Below, in pieces: positions 1 to 61,250 of a stretch of DNA of 64,000 nucleotides. The notes under the pieces were generated by a model. That model was given only the letters and a program-made list of their open reading frames with translations, did not search any database and was not told where the DNA came from. Both the position numbers and the translations under genes were made by a program. The stretch spans positions 22,396,990-22,460,989 of the forward strand of contig JARFYF010000017.1 of NCBI GenBank assembly GCA_030265395.1. Reading direction: 5' to 3'. This DNA comes from Rhina ancylostomus (Eukaryota). Each line of letters opens with the position of its first letter. The stretch's first letter is position 1.

Positions 1-100
1 CTGGGTGCAGGTAAATGGGACTAGCGGAATAATGTTTTGGCACAGACTAGAAGGGCCGAATGGCCTGTTTTTTCTGTGCTGCAGTGTTCTATGGTTCTAA
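1..100 (+). mobile_element. CR1/HER1-type LINE or derived SINE 3' tail
   Basis: GGGCCGAATGGCCTG hairpin followed by GTTCTATGGTTCTA tail. Confidence 0.7.
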
Positions 101-1964
101 CAAGCCTGCCTTTAAAAGCCAGGTGACTATTGGTTTGTCACCAACGCTGACAAACCCCAAAACTGGTAATCTATCTGAAGAATGAGATATCTGACTATGG
201 AACTACTGTCCACTGAAAACCTACGCACCAGCATAGAATCCACAAAGTTTGGTAAAGTGATCATTACTAATGCCTACAAGCTACCCAATGAAAAATAGCT
301 CTATCCAGCTCTACCAATTCCCAAAGAGCAACCACCAAAAAGGACCACTTGACAAGCATCATGAACAAAAGGAAGGATACGAGGGCAAGGTGACTTCCAT
401 CACTCTCTCAAGATCATGACTCCAAAATGGCTAATGGATCTATATTCACATACAATGGCCAAATCCCTTGGATCCATGAAGCAATTGATCTTAAACAAGG
501 GAAATCAGTCAATGATCCGTGGGCAATATCATGGCTTTACACAACATAATAACTACTGGAGGTACACTTGTCCTTCAAAGGATTAGCCCTATTAGTCCAT
601 TCCTTTAGAAAGAGCTGCTTTTATACCACATTGAAGCCCCTGTGACTAAGTTCTTGTTCTCAGTACAAGCAATCCTAGAGGTTTGAAGAAATATGTCTCC
701 AGATTATCAGTCCAGTGGCTTAGTCAAATGTACCCTACAATTATTGGTTTTACAGAGTAATGACAGCGTTGTTCTCCTTTTCACTTTCACTGCTGCAAAT
801 ACCCATCATTACGTTTGCCAAGAATTAATCAAAAAACATTTGTAATCCAGTGAATAGCTGGAGAAACAGGAGAGTCTGAAACTGAAATTTAGCTCTTGTT
901 GGATTGTTGGGTGATGGTTCAGCATCAAATAGCAAAGTGTCACATGCACAAAATCCTAATTTCAGTTCCCGATCTGTGAGACAGTTAATCCCTTGTGAGG
1001 TAACAATTGGGTTGTTACGTTTGGTTTTAGCACCTTGAGCTAAACAAAATGAAAATTAGAAAAATTCCTGACCCTGATGCTTGATTGGTGACTGCTACTG
1101 AGAAGTTTATAAATGTCTTCAAGATTGGCACTGGATAAAAGTCTTCTTTAATTCTCTCCACAAACAATGAAAGATATCCTAGAGTATTTACAACTGATGC
1201 TATATCTACTGGGGAGGTATAGAGAATTGCGAATGTGGAATGGTATTCATTACGAATCTATGTGTAATAGATGGAAGAGGAAAACTAAAACAGAGCAATA
1301 AAATTACTATAATAGATTTAATCTGTTTTATATTTCTATTACACAATATGAGTAAGAATAAAATTGAATGTAAATCTATAAATATTTGGCATTTAATTTA
1401 CTTAATCACTTCAATCCTTAAAATGTCATTATAGGAAAGATTAATGCCTGTAAAGTTAAGGAATTTTAAAGGAATATAGTACAGCATTATTGACAGTGAT
1501 AGCTGGTATGTCCATAATGGTGTGGAGATTATATTCTAACTAAATACTGGGAATAATGAATCTTCTAGCTCAGGTTATACTGAGTTAGGCTCAATGTCTG
1601 CACTCACTACTTGCGTTCCCCACTGCCCTGAACTTCACTGATCAGAGCCTTACACTGTTGGTGCTGGTTGAGGACAAAAGCCCTGCTTCAAGTGGCATAA
1701 CAGAGTCACGTGAACAGGCCAGAAAGAAATCCACCCACAAAACTCCTCTGGAAACAGATGGTAAGCAGCATTCCCTCTCCAGCTATACAACAGATTTCTC
1801 ATTTGTCTCTATTTTTTTCCACAAAAATGCTTTCATATTAAAAATTGCAAGGCTGGAGATTAAAAGTACACTTACCTGCAGAATGCATCACAGTTTTCAT
1901 TTATAAAACCTTACAGATGCTAATTTCCCTATCTTAACTCATCAAAAGGCTAAGGTTTTATCAC

Positions 1965-3540
1965 TTTGGGTGGGAGACTAAGTACTTGGCTTGGTGGCAA
2001 CATCAAAGACTGGGCTGGCTGAGGCTAGAAGGATATAGCTACTAGTCTGGGTCTATGGTGGGCAGTAAGTGAACTGCCACAGGGTATAAACTTATTTGAC
2101 ATCCTTACCAAATCTACCTGTGACAGATGCATTTGTCCCTGGCCACACTAGAAGTGACTACCATACAGTACCATACCATTGAGGACACTCTCCTTCATGT
2201 TGTGTGGCACCACAGTGGTACTAAATGGAATAAGATCCAGCAGCTCAAATCTGGGTATCCATGAGGCACTTTGCATTATCTCAGCAGCAAAACTGCTCAC
2301 CCCCAAATCTGTAAACTCATGGGCTGGCACATCCCTCACTTTACCATTACTATGAAGCCAGGTTCAATGAGGAGTGCAGAGGGAAAGCCAGGAGCAGCAC
2401 CAGACAGATCTAAAAATGATGAGGTGCTAGCCTTGTGAAGTTGCAGCACGTGCCATGCAGCAAAAACAGCACGCATTAAACAGAGCTACATGATCCAACA
2501 CTGACAGATTTAAGCTCTGTAGTCTTCCTACATCTACTGGCAGAAAAGGCTCCAAGAATAGCTTCATCCTCAATGATGGTGGGGCTCAGCACATGAGCGC
2601 TCGAGGTGAGGCTGAAACGTGTGCAACTATGTGCAGGCAGAAATGCCAAATCAGTGATTCATCTCAGCTTCTGAGATCCCCACCATCCCAGAAGCCAGTC
2701 TCCAGTCAATTTGATTCACTCCACAAGATATCAAGAAATGGCTGAGAGCACTCAATACAGCAAAGGCTATGGAACCAGATAACATCCCAACTGCTATAAT
2801 GAAAGTCCTGCACTCCGGAATTAGCTGTACCTCCAGCCAAACTGATCCTGTACAGTTACAATAACGGTATCTGACAATGTGACAAGTTATCTAGGTATGT
2901 CTTGTTTACAAAAAGCTGGACAAATTGAATTAGTTAATGACAGCCCAGTCTATTCTCAGTCAAAGTGATGGAAGCTGTCATCAATAGTATTATCAAGTGG
3001 AACTCACTTAGCAATACGCAGTTCACTGATGCCCATTTGCATTTCACCAGAATCACCTCAGCCCAGACTTCATCACGCCAGCCTTGCTCAAATGTGCACT
3101 AAAGAGCTGAGTTCCAGAGGTGAGATGAGGATAGCTGCCCTCAACGTCAAAGCAACATTTGACTAAGTGTGGCAACAAAAAGCTCTAGTAAAACTCATGT
3201 CAATGGGCATGAAAAGAAAACAATCCTTGATTGGAGTTATATCTCACCCAAGACATCATTGCTGGAGTTTCTTCAGCTGCTTTTTCAATAACCTTCNNNN
3301 NNNNNNNNNNNNNNNNNNNNNNNNNNNNNCTGATGACTGCACATTGATCAATTCAATTTGTAACTCCTCAGTTAATGAAGCAGTCCATGCTAACATGCAT
3401 GCATTCCAACATTCAGGCACAGGCTGATAAGGAATGCAAGTGCTAGGCAATAACCATCTTGGACAGAAGAAAGACTAACTGTCCACTCTGGACATTCACA
3501 CCATCAACATCCTGGGGTCACCACTGACTAGAAACTAATA
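1965..3540 (+). mobile_element. Decayed CR1-group LINE (endonuclease and RT remnants)
   Basis: Remnant motifs KAMEPDNIP, AALNVKATFD*VW, DDCT; many stops and frameshifts. Confidence 0.75.
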
Positions 3541-6500
3541 AAATCTAAATAATCTCTGTTCAGAGTAAATCCTATATATGCAAAAGATCTGTGGGCAGTT
3601 GTGCATCTTGCTGGAGTACTTATCCACATGATTGTAGTATGCAGCAATATTCACCGTGTACAAATATTGGGACAAGACAAACCAAAATCCAGTGAATACA
3701 ATTATCAAAATTAAATATTTATTTCAACAGTATAATACCCAATTAATTCAAAATAAAAAGAATACTAATAATCACTTTGCATCACGTCTCCAATAATAGC
3801 TTTAAACAAGATTTAACAGCTGAGCAGCCGACCTAAACAGGCAAGGCAATGTTTGATCCCTGGAATGTGAATTAGCTAATCTCAGCAGGATAGAGGCAGA
3901 GGTCTTCTAATTTTTCTCTGGGTTTTTAACCACGGATTAGGGAAAAGATCAGGGCTTCTGCTAAATAAACATCGTATGACTTCAAATGGAAAATATGCAC
4001 ATTTATCTAGGTTAGCTGTGATAGGTCCTTTCAAAATAGCTTAAAGACACACATTGTTACAGGTCAAACCTAGATATAAAAAAACCCATTGATAAGTAGC
4101 AGCTACTAGGCAAGGTACTGAAGGTCACCTCTTGCCCAGGAATACCTGGAACTGTAATCTACTGAGTAGAGAACTGCTTCATGATAGAAATAACTAAAAA
4201 AAGCTTAATGAATAGTGAGTGGACTCATCAGTGAGCAATTATGAAAGCCAATAAATTACTGCACTATGCACTGCAACACTTTACAATCCCACTAGTGGAG
4301 ATGCCAATATAAGCATATTTACTGCTCAGAGTCTTAGCAAATGAAGGATTGTCCACTGCAGATTAGTAATTGAACCATTAACTGCTTCTCTCTGCTTAAC
4401 CTGCTGAGCATTTCCAGCATTTCTGTTTTTATTTCTATTGAAGAGATATTCTAGTTTATTGTCTGTTTATTAAGAATGAATATGCACCAATTTTCTGCAC
4501 ATATTATTGAAGCCATTCCATTATAAACTAAAACAAAAATGCTGTAGAAAAATGTATTATTATTATTAATTATTCCATATCTGTGGCAAATAGTGTCCTC
4601 AAACAATTCAATGAATGCACATTGAATGTCTCAGTTAAGGTTAACACAGCTGCCAGCAGTGAAGCTTGTGATACTTCGGATAATATTATGAGGCTCTTCA
4701 AAAGGTTTGATATAGCTGGAGAACAGAAAACTTTAAGAATTAATAAATATCATCACTGCAAGGTTAGTGACAATACCTGACTTTAATAGAGAAAAAAGCT
4801 CAAAGAAAACAAAAGAAGTCAAGGTTTAATCTATGATGAACAAGATATACTATAGATTGAAAGAAATTATTAATTTTAGAATCATAGATATAAAAAGTAA
4901 AATCAACTGCACAAGGGGAAAAAAACAGAACCAGAAATATATAACATCTCATTAGTACTTTATATCAAATTCAAACAGATCCTATATCAAAACTTTGCCA
5001 AGTTTATAAGAATAATAATCTCTGGTTAGGTTTTTTGACCTTTTGCTCTTTCTGGAAAGAATTTTGGGAGCAGTTCGGACTAAAATTTGTACTTTAAAAT
5101 AAAAGCAGATACGCAGGTTTAAAAAGGCAACATATTGCAGTTACTGAAAATATCCACAGATGCTGGATGAGCTGGCTTGTGAAACTTGTAACAATTGACT
5201 GTCTGATCCCATTAGTCAAAATGGTCCCATTCTCCTTGGGAAATGAAAGTCCTTATTAAACTAATGTTGCAAAGAAACAATTAATACTAGTCACTTGTAT
5301 TGGTGTGGATAGAAAATCAATTGCATACACCAACTCATTGTGGAGGCACACATAATCATTGGAACTATACATTCTCTCATCTGTTTTTAACTGTGAGTAG
5401 TAGATCTGGGCCCAGCAATTGCAAAAATAAAATGTAAAAAGTCAACATTTGTGGTAGAAATTGCATAGATGGAAAATGTGACACCAAAGTTTGGGCATCC
5501 ACAAAAGGATATTGTTCTTTTTTTTAAGATATATTGAGAAGGGAAAATTATTTTGCATACTTATTTGCTGCCAGTGAAATAAAGAATCAATGAGCCATAA
5601 ATGGCCCTGTTCACAAATGTATCTTTTGAAAAGAAATCAGTAGTATACTATGGCAATATATCCAGTTCATGTCACAAAGAGACCTCATTGTTTCACCCTG
5701 GATTACAGTACTATAAAGTTAAATACTGGACATGATGTACATATTCCCAAACATGTCACACAGATCACTTTCTGAACAACCAGCAACAATATACCAAGAG
5801 TATCATTCTGTCCAAGAAAGATACTAACCATTGTGACAAGAGGTTGACCGTCACTGAAACATGGTCAGTTTGAAAAAGATTAACTATGCAACACACATTC
5901 CTACTGAATGCTGAGATGACAAGTTGCATTTGCTTAGGTTGCTGCCTACTATAGGAGTTGTTGGTTTGAAATGCAATTGAAAATACCATACTGGTTGCGA
6001 ATTCTTTCCAACGCACTGTAAAGTAGTTGAGGACTGGGCATATTATTAAAGAGAAAATGAGCCCCAAGCAGCTTAAAGTTTCATGTTATTATATTTGTTT
6101 TATATATTGTGAAAATAATTAAGAACAAAAAGCCAAAAAAAAATTGAAAAGTACAAGGGAAGATAGTGTTTGCTCACAGATGAACATTCACACATTTGCA
6201 TAAATTTCAAATCTTTTTGAAACTTGTGCAAATATCATTGAAATTTACTGAAGTACTTTCTCCCCCCAATTCTCCTTTATATTCATTCTTGTTTTTCATG
6301 TTCCAATTGATACACACAATATTCCTTCCAGACAGAGAGAAATGCCTTGATCAGTTTCAGCCGAGTTCCAGGAGTCCAGCAGGCTCAGCAGAACACTTCT
6401 CTAACTGAGTCATAAATCAACATGTCACCTGGTTCAATGCAAGATGATGTTGCTTCATACTGCCTTAGTCATCATGAACAGTCTTAAATATGAACTGCTC

Positions 6501-6601
6501 CAAACTACAGTGCATTCATTTTCACCCTGTATTAGAGATGCAAACTCTTCGGTTTGGACAGCTTGAAGCTCTGTCAAAGGCAGAAAGCTGCTCGAGATAT
6601 T

Positions 6602-33362
<26,761 letters not shown>

Positions 33363-33624
33363 AGCCCCAGCCGAATGTCCGTCCGCAACCGGCTCTGCCT
33401 CTCGTTACTCCACAATCCACAGCGGTATTTAAACAACATTCACTTGTACAGAAGAAAACTTTCCTTCTTATTCTTTCTTCTATAATAAATTATACTTTAA
33501 GCAGTTATATAAGCAGGCGAGACGGGAAGTGTCCTTAAATTAACTTCCCAGCCCTTCAATTAATTCTCTCCGAGTGGAAAACCGTCAGCTGACAGTTTGT
33601 TCCGGGACCGGCCCCAGTAATAAC

Positions 33625-34344
33625 AAACAAAACCAAGGAACTGCGGCTGCTGGAAACGAGAAGCAAAAATGAGTGCTGATGACGAGACTTTCAAGAAATA
33701 TGCCTCTGAGACATCTTCTCTTACAATAGATAACAGAGCCCATCCACCTCATCATGTTTTTCATGCACCTCAGCTCTCTCCCCCTCTACCAGCCAAAGCA
33801 AGGGTTCCCCCTCTACTACCCAAAACAAGCCTATAAATTCCTGGTCCCTTCTTTCCATCTCACTAGCTCTCGCATTCAGATTATCATCCTTTGCTATCAG
33901 GCCCATCTCCTCCTCCTCCATTGAGCATTCCAAAAGGACTATTCCCTTAGTGACTTCCAGGTCCATTCTTCCATGTCCATCAATTACTCCTCATGTCACT
34001 GTTTCAGTGCAATTACAGGCTACTGAGCCTCCAGTGAAGCAGTAATTCATTTGCCGCTTCAGATGTGGTCTCCTCTGCATTGGAGAAACCGATTGCAGAT
34101 TGCAGAATACCTCTGTTCACTCAGCCAAAGCAGTCAGCAAAGGTGACCCTGAGCTTCCAGTTGCCTTTCTCTTGAATCGCACTCTGACCTCTACTACACC
34201 ATTCCAACAAAGCGCACATTGCAGACTTCAGACTCTCTATCAGATACAAGTTTCAGATAACTCACTTTTTCTGTTTGTACCTGAACAGGCCAGTTCTGCT
34301 TTAACATTATCCACCTGTAATATTAATTACATTACACTTCTCGT

Positions 34345-34399
<55 letters not shown>

Positions 34400-34805
34400 N
34401 NNNNNNNNNNNNNNNNNNNNNNNNNNNNNNNNNNNNNNNNNNNNNNNNNNNNNNNNNNNNNNNNNNNNNNNNNNNNNNNNNNNNNNNNNNNNNNNNNNNC
34501 CTTTTGGTTTAACCACACCTGACATGTTCACAACTTGAGCAAGTCCCTTCCCCCCCAAATGTTCATAAATAATCTATTAATCAGACAATTCTGTAACCAT
34601 TGCATTCATCTGGGTAACATTTACCATATCCAAGAAAACTCCCTTTGCCAATATTTATCCCTCCCAACTCATAACCAAAACTAGCTCTGCAACTTAAAAC
34701 CAACTTTCTTTCTCACTTTCCCAATTCTGATGAAGGATCTTAGGCTTGAAACATTAACCTTGTTTCTTTTTCTGCTGATACTGGAAAAAACATCTTATTT
34801 TTTAT
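33625..34805 (+). mobile_element. Decayed Penelope-like element: inverted tail, ORF remnant with GIY-YIG motif, direct tail
   Basis: PPLSIPK/QKDYSLSD remnant, RCGLLCIGETDCRL; tail CTGATGAAGGATCTTAGGCTTGAAACATTAACC; inverted tail piece at 33625-33680. Confidence 0.75.
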
Positions 34806-35664
34806 CCTTTGTAATATCTTGACACTGCAAAATTAGCAATATTGCAGTGTATTGCTAATAAACTGGCAACTTTTTTGTGAAAATGAAAATTTAGGGCTAC
34901 ATTGCTGATTTTATTCTTTAAAAAAAATCTGCCAATTACTTTCAAACAGTATTCCCCGGACTGTCAACTAACCAAATCCAATGCAGCAGAGGTTGCTGGT
35001 CCTATGGTAAAGACTCCAAAACTGCCTCAGTTTCAAAACATTCTAGCTTTTAAATCCTTCCAATGGCCTTCCCCCTCTACAAATTCCACAGTCTCTTCCA
35101 TCCCTCATTTGAGGTTTCTGTACTGCTCTACTTCTGGCAGCACATCTACAAACAATATTTAAGCAACATTTGGATAAGTAGACAGATGTAGAAAGAAGAG
35201 GGATGTGGGCCAAATGCAGGAAAATAGGATTAACATAGATAGGCATCTCCGTCAGCATAGGCAAGTCAGGTTGAAGTAGAATTCTCTTCCTGCTTCATTC
35301 TTATCCTTCAAGACATATCCTAAAACATATCATTTAGCTTTGTCTTTTGGACTTCATCTACTCAAATGGCTGTCAAATTTTGCTTTAATAGTACACCTGT
35401 AAAATGTCCTTGGACTTTGAAGCCTTAAAATAAAGGCACCACAAATACAACATTTTCCTCTTAAAATGTTTTTATGAAATGATGCTATCCAATCCTGGTC
35501 CTTAGATGATTATTGCATTAATATTTCTCAAATCATAAAATTACTGACTGGATATTTGTGTTTTCAGAGTCTAATAAGCTCTTGAGCTGATATACATCCA
35601 TAACTCTGCCCATTATCAAAATGTTTTTTCAGCTTTCTCTCAGAACTCACTACTGCTCAGAATC

Positions 35665-35716
35665 TTTATTTCTTTCATAGAAACCATGTTATAGCCTGAA
35701 ATATAATACATTTATT
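35665..35716 (-). terminator. Candidate DEF8 polyadenylation signals (two AATAAA)
   Basis: TTTATT on + strand at 35665 and 35711, ending a largely repeat-poor AT-rich stretch about 2.8 kb after the stop. Confidence 0.35.
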
Positions 35717-38490
35717 AATTCAACATTACAGGATACAGCCATTAGTGTAATTAAAGCACCATATAAATAAATGTCAAGAGTTGATCTCAGACAGTTATAC
35801 ATTACATTCTTTGATTATGCATATGCAAATTAAAGATCAGATTACATAATTTCTGGTAGTTTACATAAATAATTTACAAACATATCCAGAGCCACCATAA
35901 TTTCCTAAAAAGTGGCATGTGTTTAGGACAAGGTTTATCTTTTAAATTTTCCTAACAAGCACCTTTACATTATGGAAAATACAGGTTCTTTTTATACAAA
36001 TACAGCTATAAAGCTGGAATCAGTAAAAAAAAAGCATAAATGGAGAAAAGTGAAAAGTTTTAGACTAATATTTCAGGTTTATCATCTTCTATTACAACTT
36101 GAAGCCAAAGCTAAAATAAGAATCCAACCTTTGTTTCCTCCACATGTTCCAGTAATTGGGAACATTTTCTAGCAATTTCCACCTGCAATCAGCTTCAAAT
36201 GTTACCTTTACTTTTTTTCTTCAATAGCTGATCAATCGGATTGTTTTACAAGCATTTTGCTTTTGTGGATATTATTTTGAGTATCAAACAAAATGGAAGC
36301 ACAATTTTCCATATCATTCTTTGCCATTATGTATTTATTTTCCCAATTTCTTTTGTACTTAGTGCACCAAAGGGTTAAAAAAGTAACAATTAGCAGCATT
36401 TAAAAAACCGTAGTGGTGGAATAAATTCAAGAAAACTCCACTATTTTAACCATTATATTTTGACCTCATGGTTCATTGAAGATAGGGTAAAATGTAGGGT
36501 GGGAAAGTGCAAAGTAGCACCTCAGTAAGCAACCCAGGTTCAATAAGTGTATTAGCTAATACCCCTCCACTCTGATAACCATTCAAGTCAAAGCAACAGA
36601 CCAGGAATTTGTAGATCACAAGTTTTTTTTATGCATTGAAACACATTTCTTTTTAATCTCCTTTTCAATGATTATGCTATTCATCTACTCTTGTTTTGAA
36701 TTCCTTTTCAATGAATATATCTGCATAATTCTTTAGGTCTGTTATCTAAAATATGCCGATTGTATCATCATCATGTACTCTAACCCTTCAAAAAAGGACC
36801 GAGGTGTCAACTCTAACAATGATTAAAATAAGCAAATTTTAAACTCCAAACTAGATCGGATTGTCATAGTTGATGTCAGACTGGTCATAGACAATCAAGT
36901 TGTCAGAGAAAATAAATATACCAATATAGCATACATCTTTCCTAATTTAACACACACTTTTGGAGAAAAAAAAATAATGCTGGTTAAGATTACCCCACAA
37001 GGGTAAATGACCAAATTACCTTAGACCCGGCTGGCTGTTGCTTCAAATTCTAATTAGCTGACATGAAGAAAAAGAACATTTTCAAAAGGCCAATTCTGAA
37101 CACTCAGCAGTGATCAACATGTTGGCTTTATACCAAGTTTGCAAATTCCATCAGGAATTTCATACCTTTCCAGAAAAAAGTGCAACAATATCACTATATA
37201 TGGTTTAACAAAAATGATTATCAACTATTTTTAACAAGATTAAAATCCAACTGTTCATTTCACAATGTAGCAAACCAAAGAATAAATATTTTGTGCCATA
37301 CTCAGTCAAACCATACCTGGGCCAGTCAAACCTATTATATCAAAGACTTACCAACACATTATGGAGAGCTGGAACTAATAGCAAGAACTAGATACTTCAA
37401 ATTGAATTAAATAATTTTCTCAGAAAATTCTCTTAACAGATAGTCTTGGTGGATAAACAATAGCCTGTTTACCAGTACCACCAAGCTGTCTGGTTTTAGT
37501 TGGCAAAATACCTCTGCACAAATTGGGGAAACCAGTTTATGCAAAGAACCCAGGTGAGCAAAATACCATCTGAAAATTCCTTGGTAGCTTGGTTTGAAGA
37601 TTCATTGTACTGAAATGGCTTTTCTGTTCACCAAATATACGAAAAGGAAAGCAGTCTTCACAGATTAGTAAATTCAAACTAGTCTGCATCCATCAGAAGG
37701 CATTTTAGTCCTCTATTCTTTGACAAGTCTGGGAATACTGCTGCTTTAATATATACATTTATGTGCTCTTAGTCTCTACTCCCATCTTTTACACAGCAAA
37801 GTTTCTAGCTTCTCCATCAAACAATCTATAAATTACTTCCCAATTTAAATTTATGATTTATCAACCTTGAAGGCAGATTTAACAGAGCTCCATATATTAC
37901 AGAACATCATTTCCTCCTTTGTCATTCATTGCAGATGCTCATGAGCAGGAAATGGGAAAAGGCTGCATTAACATTGTCTTCTCAAAAATGTTTCAAAAGG
38001 TGCTATATAATTGAGCTCTCTCTCACACAAGCCTGTAATAGTGAGAATTCTTTTCCTATAATTCACTTAAATAGTGAATTAGCAATATAACGTAAATATC
38101 ACTACAAAATTAAACAGTTTTAAAGAAAGTGCTGAAATGTATACAAAATGCAGTTCTCAGTATTACAATGGTTGGATTTTTACAGATCAAAGGAGCTAAG
38201 AGGTCACCTTTCAAAAATTACTCATTTAAATTTTTGTAACAGCTACTCAGGGTTACTGGAAGTACCTTACAGCTATGTTTACAGTTTGCATCTCAGTTTA
38301 AAGGGTATTGTTCAATTTCTTATGGTCACTTAATCCAAGTCACAATACATATTAATTTATCACCACTAGAATTAAACTTCACTGTTAATATCTACATTAT
38401 ATTTCCACATAATTCAGCTTGGTTGACCACCAGGAATTAAATAATCAGCACACAAAACTCCAAATGACAATTCTTCTCTTTGATCTAGAT

Positions 38491-58993
<20,503 letters not shown>

Positions 58994-59499
58994 TTAAATA
59001 ATATTTGAATCAGATATTAAGTATAGTATAAATCAATTTCATCAGGTGATTTTTGTTTTGTTCTCCAGTCTTTAAATGCAATTTGTTTTCAACTTTTAAA
59101 AAGAAAGTTCATCGAGAACTATGTACATTTTTATGGCTAAAGTACAACCATTTTACAACTTGTGGAAAGAAAGAAAATAAACAAGTCACCAATGAAGATG
59201 CACATTGGAATAAGCAATTGCACACTTTTACGTGGTAGATAAAATATTAATTCCAGAATACTGGACTTGTATCTGTTAGGCAATATCAGCAAAATTTAAG
59301 AATCCAAACCATATTCAGGGAACTCTTCATAACTTCCCTTGATTTTAAAATAATAGTTTTAATTACAACTTCTAGACTGCCTGGAACAGAGCATGCCACT
59401 GGTAAATGAACAAAAAAAGCATGACACTATCATCTGCATCAAGGGACCTCAAATACTGCAAACATTACCTTTAAAAAAAGGAAACAAGTATCAATTACA

Positions 59500-59600
59500 G
59501 ATAGGTCTCGACCTGAAATGTCGACCATCTCTTTGCCTCTACAGATGCTGCTTGATCTACTGTAGTTTATCTTTGGCTCCAGATTCCACCATCTACAGTC
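59500..59600 (+). mobile_element. Penelope-type terminal repeat fragment
   Basis: AGGTCTCGACCTGAAATGTCGACC...ACAGATGCTGC...CCAGATTCCA. Confidence 0.65.
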
Positions 59601-59704
59601 TGCTATGGGTAAAGTTATCAGTTGGATCCTTCTCACCCATCTCCTCCCAGTGGCCAAAAAGCTGCTCATCTAATTGCAGTGTGGATTCTGCCTATCTAGT
59701 AGCA

Positions 59705-60477
59705 CTAGGAGCATGATTGTCACTGTGCAACAACTCCAAGAGAAATGCAGCGAGCAGAATCAACTATTAGACATGGCTTTTACTGACCTCACTAAAGCCT
59801 CCAACCCCATCAGCCTGACTAGGCTGTAAAATCCTCTTCTCAACCCTGACTCTGCAGAGAAAATCATTTCTCTTCTAAAAGTTCATTTCAGGATGGAATG
59901 CAAGCCATGATCCTAATCAATAGGGCTACAACAGAGCCCATCTCAGAGAAGACTGCTGTCAAACAAGGCTGCATCATTAAAAAGTGTTGCAGCAATCTTT
60001 CACCTACAATGCTGCACCTCATCTCCAACAAAACTTCCTCAGTAATCAAGATATTTTATGCAGATGATGTTTGCATTCGTGTGTTTTCAGAGGCTGAACT
60101 CAGCCATCACTGATACTTTCCCTGAAGCACAGAGGGTGGGCCTAACACTCAATGCCCACAAGATAACCTGTTGCTACTGGACCACACTGCCCTCTGGCAA
60201 TAAATGTTCATGGTGCAACCCTGAAAAAACATGGACTACTTTCTATAGCACAAGAGTCACTCTCAGAAAAGATAAATGTCGATGATAGAATTCATTGTTG
60301 TTTTCAATGTATTAGCACAGCTAATGGATGATTAAGGGCTGGGGTAAAGAAAGAGTTGTAGATCAGGACTATAGACTCGGCAAAAAGCTCATGGTTTACA
60401 GTGCAAAAGTGACCTCTGCCATAGTACATGCTTCCAAAACAGAGGTATATTTCTGGAGTTTTGAAGTGCCTGCTAAA
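59705..60477 (+). mobile_element. Decayed RTE-clade LINE RT
   Basis: MIVTVQQLQEKCSEQNQLLDMAFTDLTKA; AVKQGCII; YADD. Confidence 0.85.
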
Positions 60478-60577
60478 NNNNNNNNNNNNNNNNNNNNNNN
60501 NNNNNNNNNNNNNNNNNNNNNNNNNNNNNNNNNNNNNNNNNNNNNNNNNNNNNNNNNNNNNNNNNNNNNNNNNNNNN

Positions 60578-61250
60578 CTGCCCTCTTTCAGAAAAATATT
60601 GGAAATACATTTCAATTGTATCGAATATTGATTTACAACATCATCCTATTACTGCAGTTTTTGGGTTACCAATGACGGAGTCCAGCCATGTATCCGCTTC
60701 AGCCGGTTGTACGTTTGTATTTGTTACATTAACGGTCAAGAGATCCATTCTATTTAAATGGAAGGATCCCATACCTCCTACCACATTTCAATGGTTTTCT
60801 CAAACTATAACATGTTTAAACTTAAAAAATTAGGAGTGGTACTGTTGATCCTTCTCTTAAAATTTGAGGACATTTGGATCCCATTTATTCAGCATTCCCA
60901 TATGATGCAAGTAGACCCTTTTTGAAATCCTTTCAATAACCTTTTATTTGAATATAGAAGAGCAGAGCTAATGACATAATAATGTTTGTCAACCAAAGAA
61001 ATAACAGTCCAGCTTTTTTTTTGAAGTTTTTGGTTTGCTTTTATTATTTTTTTTCTTTGTTGTTTTACCATGGTTTTTGTTTTATTTTTGGAGTTCTCTT
61101 GTCATGTAATCAAATTCTTTTATATCATGTTTATTTAGTAAGAAATTGGGAGGTTCAGATTATATATTTTACACCCTGTGTTTGTATATGTCAACTGTTA
61201 CTATTGTTATGTATATTAATTTGAAATTTAATAAAAAGATTGAAAAAGAG
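60578..61250 (+). mobile_element. L1-clade LINE 3' end (ORF2 C-terminus and UTR)
   Basis: QKKYWK...KRSILFKWKDPIPPTTFQWFSQTITCLNL...; AATAAAAAGATTGAAAAAG tail. Confidence 0.7.

Noticed and set aside
1560-1906. Plus-strand ORF with a GTAAGC donor, considered as a DBNDD1 exon from expected synteny
   Set aside because: Translation shows no dysbindin-domain motif; no supporting exons in the window
34344-34399. Long poly-G run giving poly-Gly/poly-Pro ORFs
   Set aside because: It ends directly at an N-gap; most likely a sequencing or assembly artefact, or an over-extended homopolymer
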